Virus record (IMG/VR): IMGVR_UViG_3300030372_000681
Span: 1 to 26,156 of that record
Source: a virus
Taxonomy: Duplodnaviria > Caudoviricetes
Length of the DNA stretch: 26,156 nucleotides
Strand: one strand, 5' to 3'
This document shows, piece by piece, positions 1-7,627 of this stretch (positions are counted from its first letter, which is position 1; each line of letters opens with the position of its first letter). The position numbers were made by a program, and so were the translations under genes. Under the pieces are notes generated by a model. That model saw only the letters and a list, made by a program, of their open reading frames with translations, searched no databases and was not told the DNA's origin.

Positions 1-20
1 CAGAGCCAATGCCAGAGTAA
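1..20 (+). CDS. 3' end of an upstream gene (partial, ...EPMPE*)
   Basis: Frame gag cca atg cca gag taa ends 3 nt before the ATG at 24, consistent with tight operon packing. Too short to identify. Confidence 0.35.
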
Positions 21-23
21 ATC

Positions 24-293
24 ATGGAGGATGGTTTCTTAATAGCTTTAATAGGTGCTTTAGGTATTAAGCAAGTTTGGGATATTATCAAACAAAAGAT
101 TGATATTAACGCTAAAAAAGAAGAGCGTGATGATGGTGTAATAACAGACCATATTGAGTCCTTAAGTAAAAAAATATCTCAACTTGAAAAGAAAATTGAC
201 GAGCTTATAGAAGAAAATTTAAGACTTAAAGTTAAAGTAGCTAAGATGGAGGAGAGATTAATTTTAAATGCTAAAAACAGGGTAAAGAAATGA
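24..293 (+). CDS. Membrane-anchored coiled-coil protein, probable lysis accessory (holin- or spanin-like)
   Basis: N-terminal hydrophobic stretch FLIALIGALGI, then a heptad-rich coiled coil. ATGA overlap with the endolysin gene. Confidence 0.55.
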   Translation: MEDGFLIALIGALGIKQVWDIIKQKIDINAKKEERDDGVITDHIESLSKKISQLEKKIDELIEENLRLKVKVAKMEERLILNAKNRVKK

Positions 294-757
294 AACTATC
301 TAAAAATTTATCGCTAAGTGAAATGACTAAAAGCAATACCGCTACTAGACTAGGAATAAACAACGAACCTACCGAGGACCATGTGCTTAACATGAAAGAC
401 CTAGCTGAGTCTATATTTCAGCCGATTAGAGAGCACTTTGCGTCTCCTATATACATAAGCTCAGGCTATAGGGGGAATGATTTAAATAAGGCTATTAATG
501 GAAGTAAATCATCTCAGCATTGTAGAGGTGAAGCGATTGATATTGATATGGATTATAAGAATAGTGTCTCTAACGCTGAAGTATTTAATTATATAAAAGA
601 CAACTTAGATTTCGATCAACTTATATGGGAGTTTGGTACAGATAAAAACCCTAATTGGGTGCATGTTTCATACAACACTAAGGGACCACAAAGAAAACAG
701 ATATTAGTAGCTTATAAAAACGATAAAAGAAAAACCAAATATAAACTGTATGAGTAA
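290..757 (+). CDS. Endolysin, zinc peptidase of the M15A family
   Basis: Motifs ISSGYR, SQHxxGEAID and WVHVS are typical of Peptidase_M15_3 phage lysins. Confidence 0.88.
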   Translation: MKLSKNLSLSEMTKSNTATRLGINNEPTEDHVLNMKDLAESIFQPIREHFASPIYISSGYRGNDLNKAINGSKSSQHCRGEAIDIDMDYKNSVSNAEVFNYIKDNLDFDQLIWEFGTDKNPNWVHVSYNTKGPQRKQILVAYKNDKRKTKYKLYE

Positions 758-1205
758 CAAAAAGAAGTTTAAAGATACTGCAATAGGTAAGTTTTTAAAA
801 TCAAAAGCTCCTCAAGTATTAGATATAGTTGGAGATGTGCTTCCAGATAAAGGTGCTTTAGGAATAGTAAAGAACTTAATAGATAAAGATGATACTATAG
901 ATCCTGAAACTAAAAAAATGTTACACGAACAACTAATAGAATCATATAAAACCGAAGTAGCTGATAGAGATAGTGCAAGAAAAAGAGAGGTAGAAATAGC
1001 TAAAGTAAGAAAGTTTGATTTTTTATTTACATTAACTGGCTTGGTTGGACTTGGTACATTTGTTTTTTTAGTATATGCAATAGTTTATATTAACATACCC
1101 GAACACAATGAGAAAACATTCTACACTTTAATAGGTTTATGTGAGGGTATAACTTTAAGTATATTTAGTTTCTACTTTGGTTCCTCAATGAGAAAAGATA
1201 AATAA
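750..1205 (+). CDS. Putative holin (GTA 3TM-holin-like)
   Basis: DRDSARKRE motif followed by two hydrophobic helices and a C-terminal FYFGSS. Overlaps the endolysin gene. Confidence 0.65.
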   Translation: MSNKKKFKDTAIGKFLKSKAPQVLDIVGDVLPDKGALGIVKNLIDKDDTIDPETKKMLHEQLIESYKTEVADRDSARKREVEIAKVRKFDFLFTLTGLVGLGTFVFLVYAIVYINIPEHNEKTFYTLIGLCEGITLSIFSFYFGSSMRKDK

Positions 1206-1207
1206 TC

Positions 1208-1276
1208 ATGAAAGATTGTAATTGTCAAGTATGTAAATGCAGCTCAAGCTGCTCGTGTAAATGTTGTAACTGTTAA
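1208..1276 (+). CDS. 22-aa cysteine-rich metallothionein-like peptide MKDCNCQVCKCSSSCSCKCCNC
   Basis: Hand translation; not in the ORF track. 9 of 22 residues are Cys, in CxC/CC clusters. Starts 2 nt after the previous stop and ends 1 nt before the next ATG. Same AATCATG start context as the genes at 24 and 22766. Confidence 0.7.
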   Translation: MKDCNCQVCKCSSSCSCKCCNC

Positions 1277-1277
1277 T

Positions 1278-1430
1278 ATGGAAAAAGAAATAGAAGAATT
1301 AAAGTCTCAACTTACTGGAGATATGTTTAAAGATATGGATATCAAAGATAAGATACACAACTTAGAAATGAAGTTAAAGGGTGTGAAACCAGAAGATTCT
1401 CATTTTGACTGTATAGGATGTGGGTCTTGA
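1278..1430 (+). CDS. 50-aa small protein with C-terminal CxxCGS motif (MEKEIEELKSQLTGDMFKDMDIKDKIHNLEMKLKGVKPEDSHFDCIGCGS)
   Basis: Hand translation; not in the ORF track. Uninterrupted frame from ATG 1278 to TGA 1430, predicted helical with an acidic CIGCGS tail. Confidence 0.78.
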   Translation: MEKEIEELKSQLTGDMFKDMDIKDKIHNLEMKLKGVKPEDSHFDCIGCGS

Positions 1431-1440
1431 AAAAAATAAT

Positions 1441-1448
1441 TATATTTG
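1441..1448 (+). promoter_or_regulatory. Bacteroidota-type -7 promoter element TATATTTG
   Basis: Matches TAnnTTTG in the intergenic gap about 25 nt before ATG 1473. Confidence 0.7.
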
Positions 1449-1472
1449 TATTATTAATTAAAATCAAATCAA

Positions 1473-1631
1473 ATGGAAAAGATAAAATCAATTATAAATT
1501 CGTCCCTTTTTAAATCAGGTATAGCTGTTGCTATAGGACTTATATTATTAGCAGAATCACATCCTTTATATGCTGGCATTGCTCTTGGCATTGCTTTAAG
1601 AGAATTTTTATTAGCATTTAGTAAATTATAA
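1473..1631 (+). CDS. 52-aa small membrane protein with two hydrophobic segments (MEKIKSIINSSLFKSGIAVAIGLILLAESHPLYAGIALGIALREFLLAFSKL)
   Basis: Hand translation; not in the ORF track. A-rich start AAATCAAATCAAATG downstream of the promoter. Stop lies 4 nt before the next ATG. Confidence 0.75.
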   Translation: MEKIKSIINSSLFKSGIAVAIGLILLAESHPLYAGIALGIALREFLLAFSKL

Positions 1632-1635
1632 TCAA

Positions 1636-1872
1636 ATGGAAAAAATGAATAAAGAAGAAACAGAGATGTTAAAATCTTTGCAGTCTAAGCTATTTAATAA
1701 TAGAATAGATGTAGGAGATATTGAAGTCGCAATATCCCGATTAACTACACGAAAAAATACATTATTAAGCAATATTGAAACCGTTTCAGCTGAGTTGCAA
1801 AAAACTCAAGCAGAAATGAGTGAAAAGTATGGTGATAAAAAAGTTAACTTAGAGACTGGCGAACTGTCATGA
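1636..1872 (+). CDS. Hypothetical coiled-coil protein
   Basis: ORF track. Helical heptads and a C-terminal YGxxxVNLxTGE beta-hairpin-like end. ATGA overlap with the next gene. Confidence 0.75.
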   Translation: MEKMNKEETEMLKSLQSKLFNNRIDVGDIEVAISRLTTRKNTLLSNIETVSAELQKTQAEMSEKYGDKKVNLETGELS

Positions 1873-2090
1873 TAATAAGGAAGATATCTGTAGGTGCTGA
1901 CTATAAGTCTAGCTCAATGCATTATTTAATAGGTCAGTCTATATTGGGTGGATCTTATAAAATACATCATATCAGAATGGAAGAAAATGGTTCCTACAAG
2001 ATATGGATAGATAATGGCGGAGAGGTGTTTTTATGGAAAGAATTTGGTAAGAATATGCCCGTATCTGTAGAGTATCTTATAGACTTTTAA
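1869..2090 (+). CDS. Hypothetical phage protein (MIIRKISVGADYK...)
   Basis: ORF track. Translationally coupled, beta-rich, and immediately precedes the GroES-like gene. Confidence 0.75.
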   Translation: MIIRKISVGADYKSSSMHYLIGQSILGGSYKIHHIRMEENGSYKIWIDNGGEVFLWKEFGKNMPVSVEYLIDF

Positions 2091-2091
2091 T

Positions 2092-2661
2092 ATGAGATCA
2101 CCTTTTCATTTTTTAATTAAACCACTAGGCGGTAATAGGTATAAACACACTAAAGATATTAATGGTGTAGATTTTATAGTTAGTTCTTCACAAGAAGACC
2201 ATACTGCTACAAACAGATACGCTGAAGTAGTGGAGCCACCTATTGTTTACGATGGAGATATTAAAAAAGGAGATATATTAATTGTTCACCACAATGTGTT
2301 TAGAAAGTACTATGATATGAAGGGTCGAGAAAAAAGCGGCCCTTCTTTTTTCATGGATGATTTATACATTATAGATAATGAACAATTTTTTCTTTATAAG
2401 GATCCTTCTGTAGAAAAATGGATTGCTCCTAATCCGTATTGTTTTATAGAACCTATTAACAAAGAAGAATCATTATTCAATGATGGCGGTGCTCATAAAA
2501 ATTTATTGGGAAAAATTAAGTATATTAATAGTGAATTGAAGTCTAAGGGGCTTAATATAGGTGATGTTATTAGTTTTCAACCTGAGAGTGAGTATGAGTT
2601 TGATATAGATGGAGATAAACTATATAGAATGTTCACACGTAATATTTGCATGTTGGTATGA
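2092..2661 (+). CDS. GroES-like co-chaperonin with two tandem GroES-like repeats
   Basis: Two units of the pattern (F)xxxP...A/GxV/I...xxGDxxx: FLIKP..AEVV..IKKGDILIV and CFIEP..GKIKY..LNIGDVISF..EFDIDGDKLYRM. Confidence 0.65.
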   Translation: MRSPFHFLIKPLGGNRYKHTKDINGVDFIVSSSQEDHTATNRYAEVVEPPIVYDGDIKKGDILIVHHNVFRKYYDMKGREKSGPSFFMDDLYIIDNEQFFLYKDPSVEKWIAPNPYCFIEPINKEESLFNDGGAHKNLLGKIKYINSELKSKGLNIGDVISFQPESEYEFDIDGDKLYRMFTRNICMLV

Positions 2662-2936
2662 CTACAAGAGAAATAAAAGAAGATATTATAAAAGCTGGAG
2701 AACTAGCGGTAAAGCAGTTAGTAAAAGTTGCTAAGGAAGAAATAATTAAACCTGATCCAGAGGATGAGTTAGCAGCAGACAGGTTAAAGAATGCAGCAGC
2801 GACTAAGAAGCTTGCTATATTTGACGCATTTGAAATATTAAATAGAATAGAAGCAGAAAGGTCTTTATTAAACGAAGAGCCTGAAAAAGAAAGCAAGAAT
2901 AAATCATTTGGTTTTGCAGAACGAAGATCAAAATAA
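2658..2936 (+). CDS. Putative terminase small subunit
   Basis: Small helical protein directly upstream of and overlapping TerL. Start moved to ATG 2658 (ATGA overlap with the previous stop). Confidence 0.55.
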   Translation: MTTREIKEDIIKAGELAVKQLVKVAKEEIIKPDPEDELAADRLKNAAATKKLAIFDAFEILNRIEAERSLLNEEPEKESKNKSFGFAERRSK

Positions 2937-5148
2937 TCTATACACAGTATTAAAAAAGCCTATCCCTAATACAGTTATGGCTTCTAAAAATAAAGCCAAG
3001 ACATGGGAGTATGGCTATCATAAGAAGTATGATTTAGTTGTTATATCTAAAAATGGAACCCTGGGAGATGTGTATGAAATAAATGGGGTTAAAGTAGGAC
3101 TACCTAAGACACCTAAAAAAGTTGACAAGGGTGTTAACAAGTGGCAAACAAAAGAGTATCCTAAAGAATTACAAAGAATAAAAACAGTTTTTGATTGGAG
3201 TAGAAGAGATAATGCATTTAAAAATAAATGGGTTGACTTTGTAGAGAATGAATTTGATATAAGAGAGTATGGCTACTGGTTTACTAATAACAACAAACCA
3301 ACATACATCACAGGGTCTCACTATATGTACTTACAGTGGACTAAGATAGATATAGGACTTCCTGATTTTAGAGAAGCTAATAGAATATTTTTTATTTACT
3401 GGGAGGCGTGTAAGGCTGATAAAAGATGTTTTGGAATGTGCTACCTAAAGAACAGACGTTCTGGGTTTTCTTTTATGAGTTCTTCTGAAACGGTTAATCA
3501 AGCTACTATATCAAGAGATTCCAGGCTAGGTATATTATCTAAGACAGGGTCAGATGCTAAAAAAATGTTTACAGATAAGGTAGTTCCTATTTCTAATCAC
3601 TATCCCTTTTTCTTTAAACCTATTCAAGATGGTATGGATAAGCCAAAGACTGAATTAGCTTATAGAGTTCCAGCTAGTAAGATTACAAAGAAGAATATGT
3701 ATGAGCAGGATGACAATGATGTAGATGGATTAGACACTACTATTGACTGGAAGAATACTGATGACAACTCTTACGATGGGGAAAAGTTATTACTATTAGT
3801 TAGTGATGAATCTGGAAAATGGCTAAAACCTAACAATATACTAAATAACTGGCGTGTAACCAAAACATGTCTACGATTAGGTAGTAAAATAGTTGGTAAA
3901 TGTATGATGGGTTCTACGTGTAACGCTCTGAATAAAGGTGGTGGTAACTTTAAAAAACTGTACGAAGATTCAAATCCCTTTGAAAGAAATGCTAATGGTC
4001 AAACTAAAACAGGTTTATATAGTTTATTTATTCCTATGGAGTGGAACTTTGAAGGATATATAGATGAGTTTGGGATGCCTGTATTTAAAACACCAGAAAA
4101 GCCAGTGGTTGGTGTAGATGGAGAATATATAGAAACAGGTGTTATAGATTATTGGAAGAACGAAGTAGACTCTTTAAAAGGGGATAATGATGCATTGAAT
4201 GAATTTTACAGACAATTTCCTAGAACAGAAAACCACGCATTTAGAGATGAAAGCAAATCATCTATATTTAATTTAACTAAACTATACCAGCAGATAGATT
4301 ATAATGAGTCACTTATAAAGGATAGGTTTTTAACTAAGGGTAGTTTTCATTGGAGAGATGGAATAAAAGATAGTAAGGTAGTATGGGTTCCTAATAACAC
4401 AGGAAGATTTTTAGTTTCATGGATACCAAAAGGTAACTTACAAAACAATGTGATTGATAAAGGAGGCAGATATCTTCCTGGTAATGAGCACTTAGGTAGC
4501 TTTGGATGTGACCCTTATGACATATCAGCTACTGTTATGGGTAGGGGATCTAATGGTTCATTACATGGAATGACTAAGTTTAATATGGATGATGTTCCTA
4601 GTAATGAGTTTTTCTTAGAGTATGTAGCTAGACCGCAAACAGCAGAGATGTTTTTTGAAGATATTTTAATGGCGTGTGTGTTTTACGGTATGCCTGTACT
4701 TGTAGAAAACAACAAGGCTAGATTATTGTATCATTTTAAGAATAGAGGGTATAGAGCTTTTTCTATGAATAGGCCAGACAAATTAAAAAATAAACTATCT
4801 GCTTCTGAGAAAGAACTAGGTGGAATACCTAACTCATCTGAGGATGTTAAGCAAGCACACGCTGCTGCTATTGAAGCCTATATAGAAAAATATGTAGGAT
4901 TAGATTTAGATAATGTATATAGAGATCCAGATGAAATGGGTTCTATGTATTTTACTAGAACATTAATGGATTGGGCTAAGTTTGATATAAACAATAGAAC
5001 TAAATATGATGCCTCTATTAGTTCAGGATTAGCTATAATGGCTAATCAGAAGCATTTATATAATCCAGTTGTAAAAGAGTCAAAAATTTCTATTAACTTT
5101 GCAAGATATAGTAACAAGGGAAATAGAAGCCAAATTATAAATAAATGA
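2908..5148 (+). CDS. terL: Terminase large subunit
   Basis: Walker A-like LKNRRSGFS, Walker B LLLLVSDESGK, coupling motif MMGST, and RNase H-like nuclease acidic motifs (FGCDPYD, LVENN, KYDASIS). Start uncertain (TTG 2908/2914 or ATG 2977). Confidence 0.9.
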   Translation: MVLQNEDQNNLYTVLKKPIPNTVMASKNKAKTWEYGYHKKYDLVVISKNGTLGDVYEINGVKVGLPKTPKKVDKGVNKWQTKEYPKELQRIKTVFDWSRRDNAFKNKWVDFVENEFDIREYGYWFTNNNKPTYITGSHYMYLQWTKIDIGLPDFREANRIFFIYWEACKADKRCFGMCYLKNRRSGFSFMSSSETVNQATISRDSRLGILSKTGSDAKKMFTDKVVPISNHYPFFFKPIQDGMDKPKTELAYRVPASKITKKNMYEQDDNDVDGLDTTIDWKNTDDNSYDGEKLLLLVSDESGKWLKPNNILNNWRVTKTCLRLGSKIVGKCMMGSTCNALNKGGGNFKKLYEDSNPFERNANGQTKTGLYSLFIPMEWNFEGYIDEFGMPVFKTPEKPVVGVDGEYIETGVIDYWKNEVDSLKGDNDALNEFYRQFPRTENHAFRDESKSSIFNLTKLYQQIDYNESLIKDRFLTKGSFHWRDGIKDSKVVWVPNNTGRFLVSWIPKGNLQNNVIDKGGRYLPGNEHLGSFGCDPYDISATVMGRGSNGSLHGMTKFNMDDVPSNEFFLEYVARPQTAEMFFEDILMACVFYGMPVLVENNKARLLYHFKNRGYRAFSMNRPDKLKNKLSASEKELGGIPNSSEDVKQAHAAAIEAYIEKYVGLDLDNVYRDPDEMGSMYFTRTLMDWAKFDINNRTKYDASISSGLAIMANQKHLYNPVVKESKISINFARYSNKGNRSQIINK

Positions 5149-7574
5149 AGGAGCCTATAGTATTAATAAACCCTGTAACTTTTCCTAATCAACTCGCAAC
5201 GGATAGCCAGAAAGCTACCGAGGAATACGGTTTACAGGTAGGGCATGCTATTCAGTACGAATGGTTTAAAAGGACAGGTAACACATGTAGGTATTACAAT
5301 CAATGGGTAGAGTTTCACAAACTTAGATTATACGCAAGAGGAGAACAACCCGTTGATAAGTATAAATCCGAATTAGCTATAGATGGAGACCTTTCCTATT
5401 TAAACCTAGACTGGACACCTGTACCGATTATTCCAAAGTTCGTTGACATAGTAGTTAACGGCATGTCTAATAGATTATTTACCGTACAAGCATATGCGCA
5501 GGATGCATTAGCATCTGATCAGAGAATGGGATATCAGAAGATGATTGAGGCTGATATGGTAGCTAAAGATTTTTTAAATCAATCAAAAGAATTATATGGT
5601 ATAGATGCATTTAATACAAATGCAGAAGATCTACCAGCGGACGATCAGGAGTTACAGCTACATATGCAGCTAGAGTATAAGCCTGGTATAGAGATAGCAG
5701 AAGAAGAAGCTATTAACACAATACTAGAAGAGAATCATTATTATGATGTTAGAAAAAGAGTAGACTATGATATATGTACTCTTGGTATGGGTTGGTTAAA
5801 GCATGAGTTCTTAGCAAATGCGGGTGTTAAAGTTAATTACGTAGATCCCGCTAATTTAGTATATAGCTATAGTGAGAGTCCAACATTTGAGGATTGTTTT
5901 TATTTTGGAGAAGTAAAAAGAGTTCCTATTACAGAGTTATTAAAGATTAATCCAGATTTAAGTAAAGAAGATTTAGAAGAAATATCTCAGCTTAGTTCTA
6001 GTTGGTATGGCCACTATGGTATATTAAATCCATATAGAGATAGCTTATTTGAGAAGGATGTAGTTTGTTTGTTATACTTTAATTATAAGACAGACAAGAA
6101 GTTTGTATATAAGAAAAAATATTTAGATAACGGAGGCGAAAAAGTAATTAGAAAAGATGACTCTTTTAATCCACCTGCTGAAGACCAAGAAAGATTCGAG
6201 AAAATAGAAAAAAGAATTGATGTATGGTATGAGGGTGTGATGGTATTGGGTAGCAATAAATTACTTAAATGGGATTTAGCTAAGAATATGGTTAGACCTA
6301 AATCAGCATCTCAATATGCTACACCTAACTATATAGGGGTTGCTCCAAGAATGTATAAAGGAGTAGTTGAATCATTAGTAAGACGTATGACTACGTTTGC
6401 TGATTTAATTCAAATGACTCATTTAAAACTACAACAAGTCATATCAAGAGTAGTTCCAGATGGTGTTTACATTGACGCTGATGGATTAAACGAGGTTGAT
6501 TTAGGTACAGGAGCAGCATATAACCCAGAGGATGCTTTAAGACTTTATTTCCAAACAGGTTCTGTTATTGGTAGAAGTTTTACGCAAGATGGTGAGTTTA
6601 ATCATGGTAAGGTTCCTATTCAAGAATTATCAAGCAACTCAGGTCAATCTAAGATATCTAGTTTGATATATACTTACAACCACTACCTTGGTATGATAAG
6701 AGATGTGACGGGTCTTAATGAAGCTAGAGACGCTTCCAGTCCTGATCCAAATTCTTTAGTAGGGCTACAGAAGTTAGCTGCTTTAAATTCAAACACTGCT
6801 ACTAGACATATATTAGATGGTAGTTTATATATTACAAGAAGATTAGCTGAGGCTTTATCTTGTAGAATATCTGATGTGTTAGAGTATTCAGCAACTAAGG
6901 AAGAGTTTATAAACCAAATAGGTAAGTATAATGTAAATACTTTAGAAGATATAAAAGACTTATACCTACATGACTTTGGTATTTTTATTGAAGTTTCTCC
7001 TGATGAAGAAGAAAAGGCTCAGTTAGAAGCTAACATACAGGTGGCTTTAGGTAGAGATCAGATTACTTTAGAGGATGCAATTGATATCAGACAGATTAAA
7101 AATATTAAGATGGCTAATCAACTGTTAAAAGTCAAGAGAAAGAATAAAGAAAGAAAAGACGTAGAGAGAGAGAACGAGAAAATGCAGATGCAGGCTCAGA
7201 TTAATAATCAATCCTCACAGGCTGCGGCTCAAGCTAAGATGCAGGTTGCTCAAGCAGAAACACAATCTAAGGTTCAAGTTAAGCAAGCGGAGGCTGCCTT
7301 TGAAATAGAAAAGATGAATGCACAAGCTGCTCTTAAGAGAGACTTGATGCAGGTAGAGTTCCAAATGAATATGCAGTTAAAAGGTGTAGAAGCTCAAGCT
7401 ATAGTGACTAGAGATGAGATGAAGGAGAAAGCTAAAGATAATAGAGTTTCTATACAAAATACACAACAATCTAAACTAATACAACAAAGGAAAGATAACT
7501 TACCACCAATTAATTTTGAGTCCAATGAAGACTCATTAGATGGTTTTGACTTAGCAGAGTTTGACCCTAGGTAA
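5145..7574 (+). CDS. Portal protein
   Basis: 809 aa directly after TerL. N-terminal PIIPKFVDIVVNG and a long Q/A/K-rich C-terminal coiled coil (barrel), as in podovirus portals. Confidence 0.85.
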   Translation: MKEPIVLINPVTFPNQLATDSQKATEEYGLQVGHAIQYEWFKRTGNTCRYYNQWVEFHKLRLYARGEQPVDKYKSELAIDGDLSYLNLDWTPVPIIPKFVDIVVNGMSNRLFTVQAYAQDALASDQRMGYQKMIEADMVAKDFLNQSKELYGIDAFNTNAEDLPADDQELQLHMQLEYKPGIEIAEEEAINTILEENHYYDVRKRVDYDICTLGMGWLKHEFLANAGVKVNYVDPANLVYSYSESPTFEDCFYFGEVKRVPITELLKINPDLSKEDLEEISQLSSSWYGHYGILNPYRDSLFEKDVVCLLYFNYKTDKKFVYKKKYLDNGGEKVIRKDDSFNPPAEDQERFEKIEKRIDVWYEGVMVLGSNKLLKWDLAKNMVRPKSASQYATPNYIGVAPRMYKGVVESLVRRMTTFADLIQMTHLKLQQVISRVVPDGVYIDADGLNEVDLGTGAAYNPEDALRLYFQTGSVIGRSFTQDGEFNHGKVPIQELSSNSGQSKISSLIYTYNHYLGMIRDVTGLNEARDASSPDPNSLVGLQKLAALNSNTATRHILDGSLYITRRLAEALSCRISDVLEYSATKEEFINQIGKYNVNTLEDIKDLYLHDFGIFIEVSPDEEEKAQLEANIQVALGRDQITLEDAIDIRQIKNIKMANQLLKVKRKNKERKDVERENEKMQMQAQINNQSSQAAAQAKMQVAQAETQSKVQVKQAEAAFEIEKMNAQAALKRDLMQVEFQMNMQLKGVEAQAIVTRDEMKEKAKDNRVSIQNTQQSKLIQQRKDNLPPINFESNEDSLDGFDLAEFDPR

Positions 7575-7594
7575 TTATATTTAAAAAAAATCCT

Positions 7595-7602
7595 TAATTT
7601 TG
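7595..7602 (+). promoter_or_regulatory. Bacteroidota-type -7 promoter element TAATTTTG
   Basis: TAnnTTTG in the portal-scaffold gap, about 25 nt before ATG 7628. Confidence 0.7.
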
Positions 7603-7627
7603 TAGTTAAATAATTAAATCAAATAAA

